Part shown: positions 55,150-64,000 of the stretch, piece by piece
Layout: every line of letters begins with the position of its first letter
Position numbering within the stretch: the first letter of the stretch is position 1
NCBI GenBank assembly: GCA_964016885.1
Contig: OZ024741.1
Coordinates: 290,966,001-291,030,000 of the forward strand
Source: Eledone cirrhosa
Taxonomy: Eukaryota
Length of the DNA: 64,000 bases
Direction: 5' to 3'
Program-made: the position numbers and the translations under genes
Notes under the pieces: model-generated
Seen by the model: only the letters and a program-made list of their open reading frames with translations
The model's database searches: none
Told to the model about the DNA's origin: nothing

Positions 55150-55545
55150 ACCTCGACGCCAAGCGGTTTCGGCTTGTGTGATCAGCAAGCCTTTTCATAT
55201 GCATGATTATATATATAATATATATATATATATACATACATACATACACACACACAAACACACACACACACACACCGACATACGTAAATACATACATATA
55301 TACTCACATATATACACATACATATATTCATATATGATATTTATAGAGAGGGAGATTTACATACATATATACGTACATACATATACATAATATCTGCCAC
55401 TCGAATAATGCCATCGCATGATACTTAAGCATGAGTATCACGGGCGTGGCTTTTTAGTCCTGCCAGGGACTTGTCTATGGCCAGCAAAAAATGTCATATC
55501 AAGCGGCACCGGTGCTTCAAGCTTTTTTAAGTGAGGAAAGGCTTT

Positions 55546-55703
55546 GCACGGGGCTAATCCCACTCTCTGAACATCGAATGCATTTGCCCAAGAAGAACTG
55601 GTCTACATCATTGGGTGCAAACGAGCACGGGGCTAATCTCACTCTCTGAACATCGAATGCATTTGCCCAAGAAGAACAGGTCTACATCATTGGGTGCAAA
55701 CGA
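55546..55703. repeat. 79-bp tandem duplication
   Basis: Two copies (55546, 55625) with 2 mismatches. Confidence 0.92.
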
Positions 55704-55899
55704 AGTCGCAGTTTTCGTATCAGAGTGACCTTACCCTAGAGAGATGTCTTAATGAAGACTATGGGTACGTATACCAACACACACACACACACACACACAC
55801 ACACTGAATGGGAAGAAACTTCCTATTTAATATTGTTAATAACTTTAGGAATTATTGGTCGATTTTCCTAAAACATTTTATTGTGCAGAGTATAATTGT

Positions 55900-56270
55900 A
55901 GAAGTACATTACAGAGTGACATTTCTACATAAGCACTAGTGTTGTCCATCAATGTTTGTAATTGTCTAGGTATGTCCACGAGTGACTTCTTCAGGAACTC
56001 AGATGGTATGTTGGTGTGTTGGTGTGTGCATGACGAATGCCTTCCTTCAATTGAATCAGGTTTGCTGGTCTTGAATAATAAAGTTCTTCCTTACCCCATC
56101 CCAACAAGAAAGAAATGCATCTGTTAAGTCAAAAGTTCTTGCTTGCCATTCATATGGACCTCGACGACCCAACCAACGCCCTAGAAATTGGACATCAAGC
56201 CTCTCATAAACAGTGCGTCCACAATGAGGAATGGTCTGATCTTGTATTAATGAAGTCTTATAATTCACAC
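55900..56270 (-). mobile_element. Tc1/mariner-superfamily transposase relic
   Basis: IQDQTIPH...FLGRWLGRRGPYEWQARTFDLT matches the QQDGAPPH...FPGRWIGRRGPxxWPxRSPDLT motif. Confidence 0.8.
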
Positions 56271-56859
56271 GTCAGTTATGTTTAGGGCACCATTGCCCAC
56301 TCTAGTAAAGACTTATTGGTTTCGAAGACATAACTGCGTGTAGGGGTTTATCCGGTATTTCTTGGTGGAATTTGTCCAGGGTCATTTTGACTTTTATGGA
56401 ATCTGCTTTTGTTTTTATATACATTGTTTTTTTATATTAAAGAGAGCGTGCCAAGCTAATGTGAAAACATTATGCCGTATGATTTTTATGAGATGCGAGT
56501 GATTGTTTTAGTGAGCTGATATCACTGGCACCAAGAAAAGTTAAAGAGAAGGATGATAATGTGGATATCACTCAAGCGGAAAGTTCTAAGAATCCAGGAA
56601 CACATACTGCGGGCCATGTCAACCTAGATGTTTATGTGAGTATTCCAGCATGCGTTGCTATCAACAATTACTCCAAGGTCTCTGGTGTTGTTGGATGCCA
56701 CGAGGGTTTCACCTGAGGGAAGAGAATATGGTAACTTCAGTGGCTCTTCTTTTCTAAAGTGGATTAGTTAAAATTTATCTACGTTTAGTCGCATATTATT
56801 TTGTTGTTTTTTTTTAATTTTATTTCGCTCATTGGATAACAGCAAGCAGATCCGATTGA

Positions 56860-57620
56860 AGGCATCTCCGGTCATCCACTGTTGATTACCTTCTGGAGCT
56901 TGGAATAATCTGCAAAGATTCTTATGTTGCTGTGCTTGAGGACGTCATTAATGTCATTGATATAAATAATTGTTTCTACTTTTGGCACAAGGCCAGCAAT
57001 TACCCAGTGCATTACTGGTACTTTATTTTATCGACCCGTAAGGATGAAAGGCAAAGTTAACCTCGGCGGGATTTGAACTCAGAATGGCAAGGGGCGTAAC
57101 TCTATGCGTCAAAGCATGGCGTCCGACCCTCTACCGATACTGCCAAAAATAATGAAATGAAATTGACTCAACACATTACCTTGTGGGACTCCACTACTGA
57201 CTTTGGCTCAGATCGATCGTATTCATTTGACTACAACTAGCTAGGCTCTGTTTATCAGGAAACACTTATTCCATTGTAGAAACTTTCCACTAACACCAGG
57301 ATGCTGTGATTAACTCTGTTAAAGGCCTTGCTGGAATCTCGGTATATAACATCAGTGTTGGAGCACTCTCTCTAAGCTTTTAGCGTGGTATCAAAGTGAT
57401 GCAGTAGCTAAGTTAGGCAGTCGCTGCAATCACGAAGGCCTTGCTGTTTGGAGTTCAGTAGATGGTTCCTTTCGAGGAAAGTAAGTTATTCGTGATACCA
57501 CCACCCTCTCAAATACGTTAGAGGTGATTGAGATCGGACGATAATTCTTTGCAAGAGAGTTGCTTCACTTATTGAAATCTGGGACGAGAGACGGACAGAA
57601 ATCTTTCAGGATTATTGCCA
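56860..57620 (-). mobile_element. Decayed CR1-like LINE RT
   Basis: Minus NYRPISITS...DVIYRDSSKAFNRVNH...VSSGVPQGNVL...YINDI...IFADYSKL, with stops; split by a SINE. Confidence 0.85.
56968..57146 (-). mobile_element. SINE family A (subfamily 2) nested in a CR1-like LINE
   Basis: Interrupts the RT segment FII|YINDI; aaataat on both sides. Confidence 0.9.
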
Positions 57621-58364
57621 GCGTCAAGTGAGTTCCACTACAGATGAGCAACAATATATGCAATTTGATGTTGACAAACTTTCAGGAAACTAGCAGGGAG
57701 CCTATTGGGGATAGTGCTGAGTTGTATTTTATTTTGTTTATGGACACTAAGATATAACTTGGAATAACCGTTTTATTTCTTTGTTCGTCAAATTGACTGG
57801 AGCAACGCAAAAAGAACTTGATCAACATACAGTGGAAATAATATATTTTGAATATTATTCTCTATGAATAAGTATAATGCAAGGTACGGCAGCGGGATAT
57901 TCATAAGATAAAAGGAATGACAGCAACAATAAAACCAACAGAATCTTAAGTAATATTATTCAAAGCTCAAACCCAAATGAGAGCTGACGTTTGACGTAAA
58001 AAAAACAAAACAAATATAAACAATACGATTGAAATACAGTATATAACTAAAATACAGGAAACTTAATTACAGGCTGAATGATAAAAGCAACGAAGTGCCA
58101 GATTTCATAAACAAATCTTGAATACCCTCGAAACAATAAAAAAAAAGCACACATTTATTTTTCCTTTACTTGATATAGTAATTAGATTGCAGCCATGTTA
58201 TGGCATCGCTTTGATTTAGTCGGTTATATTGATCCTAGTATTTATTTATTCCAGTTTGGTTGTGGTACATTACTCTTTATCAATCTCTCTTTTTCCAACC
58301 ACATATTTATGGCAGACATACACAGACGTAAATAGATACTATGCCCACACAAATTTATACATAA

Positions 58365-59064
58365 TTATCATTTAACGTCTGTTTTCCCTGTTAGCAAAGG
58401 ATGGTTATGTCGTAACAGACCACTCAATCATCAAGCGGAACATTTGACCTCCAAGTGGACCGGGAACGTCATATTATCCCGCACTCTACCGATACATTTT
58501 ATTCTATCACCAACACTGGGGAAGCTGTTATGTTTTAGTATAGCTCAAAAGAATTCCTGGAATTTATTATTAGATTTTCTATGGCTGGATGTCATTCCAC
58601 TCACTAACCACTTTACAGAGTTTAACAGGTGGTTCTTTATTGTATAGTTCACAAACACCAGGGAGATAGTCATGTATATAGCATAGCTGAAGTGTCCACC
58701 TGATCCTTTGTTTGGCACGTTTTCTATGGTTGAATGCCCTTTCTATTACCAACAACATTACAGTGTGTACTGGGCTCTTATCCTGTACTTCACCAACACT
58801 AGACACGTTGTCATGTCCCCTGACACAACTAAGAATTCTCTTGATTCTTTTGTCATGGTATCTACCGCGGATACCCTTCATATCATCAACCATCTTACAA
58901 GGTGTTCTAGATATATTTATCGTGGCATCGTTAGTAGAGACCATACAATTAACTGCACCTGAACATAGAAGCCTTCTCCTACGGACAAGAGTAAGTTGTC
59001 GGTTGATGGCATAAGATATCCGGTAGTGTGGGAGGTATTGTGGTGATAACAAACCAGTCCTCAA
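58365..59064 (-). mobile_element. Old RTE-like LINE 3' remnant (explains the 161-aa ORF)
   Basis: RILSCVRGH...VMLLVIE...RKRAKQRIRW resembles the RTE C-terminal LxWxGH...GxRxRGRxxxxW pattern. Confidence 0.45.
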
Positions 59065-60872
59065 TTATTCAACACATTAGATAAATGTTTGACCGTAAAA
59101 AAATGTCGGTGTACTGCAGGATTTACCATTCAATTTACAGCTGACATAACAACGGAATTTTATACTTTTCCGAAAATTAAATCTTGTATTGACTTCACCC
59201 ATCACAAAATGAAATTGAAACTGTTTGTTCATAAACTAAGGAAACCTGGAGTTTCACTACAATCCTTTAAAACGACAAAGTGAATTGTGCTCAAGATTAT
59301 AATAATTTTTCATTATATTTAGAAAAAAATCAGGTCATTCCAAGTCAAAGTCGTTTACGAGGTTTTGCTAAAAGGAAAGACTGCATACTAGCATTAATAT
59401 ACCCATTTTTACTTAGTGAACAAAAGAAAGGAACAAGAAACACGACAATGAAACTTGGAGACTTGGTCGTCAAATTTCATTTGCTACAATGAATTTGTTT
59501 TCATCTTTCAATTCCAAATGCTGTTGACATGATTAATTTATGGCGATCATTATTATCCTGTTAAGATATTTCAGAACTTAGATATTTGTCAGTAACTACA
59601 TCTGTCCTTTCGGAATGATATGCAGATGTGAACAAACATTTTCATCCACGAAACTAATAAAAATCAAAATGAGGTCACGACTGACTGATTCAAATTTGAA
59701 AAATAGTATGCTACTTTCTGTAACTAATTTAAGTTCTAACATTAAAATCGTGGGTAGTTGAAAACAGACATATATTTTAAGTATGTCAGTGATCGTTAAA
59801 ATACTTTTTTATTAAATCATTATATCTCGTAAAGTTGAAAAATCTATATATCCATATCAATATATTTCATACGAGGAGTTATGGACACAATAGAATTGTA
59901 CGGCGCATCTGAACCCATACACGTAAAAATTGGCGCATGAAAATGGTCAGCACAATAAACGGTTCTCGTATCAATTCCGCTGCGACCTCGGCAGGTGCCT
60001 TTTACTGTTGACTCATGTTGACCAACTAAGCTGTGTTATATGCATATGTATACATATGTATATGTCTGTGTGAGGTGTGTGTATACGTATATGCGTGGTG
60101 TGGTGTGGTGTGCCTATCTCTGTGTGTGTAAAACTAGGCTTTTAATGAACACCAGAAAAATCATGATTCCAAGTCGTCCAAAAACAAAGGATGTATCTTA
60201 ACCCAACCATTCGCTTGTGAAACGTTTTTTCCCTTCTATTATACCCATAAACCATCACCAAATAAACCACCCTAACACTACCGAAACTACAGAGACAATG
60301 TTTTAAATATTTCTGACGACACCAACTGTCACAATGGGCCTATTAAAAAAAAAACGAATAATATTTAATGAATACCGATTGAATATTACTAAACTAAGTT
60401 ATAGCATTATAAATACATCTATGTGCCGTCAAATTTCTGCCGATTGAAAGTCAAAAGAGGAAACTAAACATTTACAAACATTCAAGCCAGATGCATTATC
60501 AGGACCAGAGAGATAATTTTTGTTCAATCCACACTTTATAATGGTTTCGTATATAAGAACATGGCCATCAATTTTTGGGGAGGGAAAGTGGATTAAATAG
60601 ACCCCAGTGCATAAGGATGAAAGGCAAAGTTAACCTCATAGATGAGAGAGATAGTGGGTGTGGGTGTGAATGTGGGTGTGAGTGTGAGTGTGGGTGTCAA
60701 TGTGAGTGTGGGTGTCAACATGAGTGTGGGTGTGAATATGAGTGTGGGTGTGAATATGTGTGTGGTTGTGAGTGACTGAGTGAGTGTAGATAGAGATAAA
60801 AAAGTAACAAAAACTGAGGAGTAGAAAGATTCACAGTTATATTAGTTTCACACTTGGAGTATATGGAGGAGA

Positions 60873-60908
60873 GTTCAACGTTTCGGACAGAAGTCCTTCA
60901 TGAGGAAA
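60873..60908 (-). ncRNA. Degenerate minimal hammerhead motif
   Basis: ttc-CTCATGA-a-ggac ttct gtcc-GAAAC-GTT-gaa; a core G>C change suggests it is inactive. Confidence 0.4.
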
Positions 60909-60956
60909 GTTTGGATAAGTAGAGAACAGGTAGAGGTATAAAATTGTGTGTATATA

Positions 60957-61785
60957 CGAGGTCTGTCTGAAAACTAAAAGGACTGGTGTCACAAACAATT
61001 TATTTCAATAAAAAAAAACATGGTTTCCCCTTCAAAGTAATGCCCTTTTCCATCCTTCTCTGCCATGACTATGCACTGCTCCAAGAACTCTTCAGGGATG
61101 CCCCACAGCTCGTTTGTTATGGCCCTTTTGATGGCATCCACGTCTTCAGAAACTAGTCCTCTTGATGACCCCCTTGAGCTTGGAGAAAAGGAAACAGTCA
61201 CAGGGTGCAAGATAAGGTGAATAAGGAGTTTGTTCTAGTACAGCGGTGTTCTTCTCAGCCAGGAACTGCCGGACGCTTAGGGCGTTGTGAGCCGGCGATT
61301 TTCCAGTTGTAATCTTCCAAATGCTGTCGTAGTTCATGTTTAGCTAACTTGCAATCAGTCAAACAGTCAGCCAATAATCACCACGCACCACCTGCCTCAC
61401 GCGCTCAACGCTGGCCTCAGTTCCCCTTCTCTTGGGGGACATCTTCCACGTCCTCTCGTCCCTTTAGACCTTTTGTGCCTCTCCGAAATCTCTGATCGCA
61501 ATATCGTCTCATCTCCGTACACTTGCAGCAGTATTCCGAATGCTTCTGGCGGAGTTTTCTCCAGCATGATTAGAAATTTATGGTTGGTTTGTTACTCTGT
61601 ACCCATCGCTCGACTGCCTAAAATTGAGTAGCTGTTAACAAAAGCACGCCGAAAAAAACAAAACAAAAAAACAAACAATGGCTGCAGAGAACCGTGATCG
61701 GAGTTATATACTGCTATTACGAAACACGGCGAGGCAATCCACTAAGACCTCCGCCACCCTTAGCCTGTTACTTTTCAAATACCTC
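60957..61785 (-). mobile_element. Internally deleted mariner transposon
   Basis: TA|cgaggtctgtctgaaaa left end and ttacttttcaaatacctc right end. Contains PYSPYLAPCDCFLF (YSPDLAP motif) and an N-terminal HTH relic LLQVYGDE. Confidence 0.9.
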
Positions 61786-61812
61786 AAATGTTTGTGTATG
61801 TAGAGAGTACTT

Positions 61813-62080
61813 GTGTATGTGTTCGTGGTTGTTTAAGTAATATTACTGGCCCAGAAAGCTTCCAAAAGCCATCTTTGGTGAAACACTATTACTTAAACAA
61901 TCTGTTAAAAAATACAGATACAAGTCGCACTTACTTTTACAGTACTCAATACTGAAAAAGATGTGTAGAGCATATTTATTTAAATAAGACTCAAAGCGTA
62001 CTAACATTGTTCCACTAAAGATGGCTTTTGGAAGGTTTATGGACCAATACTACTATTTAAATAACCACGAACACATACAC
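61813..62080. mobile_element. Fold-back element with ~70-bp imperfect inverted arms
   Basis: gtgtatgtgttcgtggtt...cttccaaaagccatcttt versus aaagatggcttttggaag...aaccacgaacacatacac. Confidence 0.7.
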
Positions 62081-62902
62081 AGAGAGAGAAAAAACAGTCT
62101 CCACATACACAAGTATTTAAAGAAAGAGAGAGATGTATGTGAGTGTGTGTGTACCGACTCACATAAACATACGACAAATATACATTTACACTGGTTCATA
62201 ACAACGTTTTATTGTCTTTCTCTACTTAAATTTATATATATATATATAAATTTATATATATATATATATATAATGAAGTCAATATGTTTTACTGTAGAGA
62301 AAGGAATTTGGAATGCTTTTCTTTTTCATAACTTGTTTTTTCTACGATTTGTATTAATATTATTTCCTTATTTACTTATTTCTTGTTTACATTTTTATCC
62401 TCATCTTTGTTTTATAATCTTATTCTTGTCAATACCGTGCTCACTGACGACCTTATCGCTTCGGCTGTTGTTGTTATTGGTGCGGTAAGTCTCGTTCATC
62501 TTGCTTACGTTGAGGCCTTCTTCCGTATTTGTTACTATTATCGTTATTATTATTGTCGTTGCATTTTTTTCTCTTTTCGTTATTCTTGTTATTTGTGGTG
62601 TTGTATTCCATTTATTAATACTGCACATTATTTATAGTAGCCATTGCTGGTGGTGTCGGTGATGGTGTTGGTAGCGGCTTTGATATATTTCTATAAATCC
62701 TTTATTGTTTACATTGTAGTTGTTGTTGATTTTTGTTTTTTTGTACTTTCCTTGAGTTATTTGGTTGGTGGATTACTGTAACTTAACACGCCTAATGGGA
62801 ACGTTGATGATGATGATGATGATGATGAGTATGGTAGCGGGGAAGGTGGTGCTGAAGATAATACTTTATTTTTATGTTTATTATTATTTTTGTACGGGAG
62901 AT

Positions 62903-63265
62903 GGATTGGTAGTATCGGTAGAGAAATGGACAATATGCTTCGTGGCATAGAGTCACGACCGTCTGCGTTCTGAGTTCAAATCTCGCCGAGTTTAAGCACC
63001 AGTAATGTACTGATGTTGAATTAATCGACTTTCCTTTTCCCTTATCGCTGGTCATGTGCCAAAAGCAGAAACAATTATTATTATCATGGATTAGCAGTAT
63101 CGGTAGAGAGCCGGACGCCATGCTTTCCAGTATAGTTACGTCCCTTTACGGTCTGAGTTCAAATCCCGCCGAGGTTAACTTTGCCTTTCATCCTTACGGG
63201 GTCGATAAAATAAAGTACCAGTAATGCACTGGTTAATTGGTGGCCTTGAGCCAAAAGTAGAAACA
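62903..63265 (+). mobile_element. Tandem SINEs: older deleted copy (62903-63075) plus young family A copy (63087-63265) in its tail
   Basis: Two heads (ggattggtagtatcggtagag / ggattagcagtatcggtagag) and two gaaacaattatt tails. Confidence 0.88.
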
Positions 63266-63684
63266 ATTATTAGCATTGTAGTAGTAGTAGTAGTATATAT
63301 CCATTTGGAAGCGGAGAGACGTGGTTTAGTTAGTGTGTTCGTTTCATGATCTTATGTTCATAAGATTGAATCCCGGTGGCGTGGAAAAACTTTGAGCAAA
63401 ACAATTTATTTCGTTGCTCCAGTCCATTCAGTTGGAAATATAGTTTTGCCTTGTCTCTCACTCCACCAACACCTTCTTATCATGTATCAGACTGTGACCC
63501 TGGGTGAACCAGTAGTACCATCGATAGGGGTCGAAACTGCCAGATGTCCATCTCGAAAGCTGAAACCTTAAAGTACTGTGTCTTTCATTCGTATGTCTAT
63601 TTAAAAAGAAAATATTTTCGTTCTGCCTTGTTTTCGTTCATTGTCTTCTTTATTACTTTTCTTAAGTTTGTTTATATATATATA

Positions 63685-63822
63685 TATATATAAACACCTT
63701 TCGCCCTTCTATTATACCAATATATATATATATATTATATATATATAAACATTTTTCGCCCTTCTATTATACCAATACATATATATATAAACACTTTTCG
63801 CCCTATTATACCAGTATATATA
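63685..63822. repeat. Three tandem copies of aaacaY..ttcgccc..tattatacca separated by (TA)n
   Basis: Direct reading. Confidence 0.85.
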
Positions 63823-64000
63823 TAAATGAACAAACAAACACCAGGATGCAATAACATGAAATATGTTAGTTTCACGCTTGGAGGAAGAAGAATGAAAAAT
63901 GAGTCACACACACAATTTGAAAACATGTGTGTATTAGAGGGAAGACGCTACAATGCAGATAAGTATAAATAATATTTGTACAAATCGGGTGGGCAAGTTT

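Noticed and set aside
60575-60775. Cys-rich metallothionein-like ORF (CECGC repeats)
   Set aside because: Translation of a GAGTGTGGGTGT repeat fused to a SINE fragment.

Overview
AT-rich, microsatellite-dense animal genomic DNA. The repeat landscape resembles a coleoid cephalopod such as Octopus (inference). The ORF track is almost entirely repeat artefact. Hidden between the repeats is the 5' half of a spliced minus-strand gene of the FGF8/17/18 family: a probable start exon (50612-50599), a signal-peptide exon (23978-23918) and the first core exon (3592-3427). The exons are joined in phases 2/0/1, as in vertebrate FGF8, across ~26.6 kb and ~20.3 kb introns. The remaining core exons should lie left of the window. 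The introns and flanks contain: more than 12 copies of a young tRNA-derived SINE that inserts at ATTAT sites, twice at the identical nucleotide; an RTE LINE with a twin-priming-type inversion; decayed RTE, CR1-like and Hero-like LINEs; mariner, Tc1, hAT and Helentron-type relics; large simple and compound repeats; and several families of short Penelope-type elements carrying minimal hammerhead-ribozyme motifs, often as fold-back palindromes. All calls are by eye; no searches were run.
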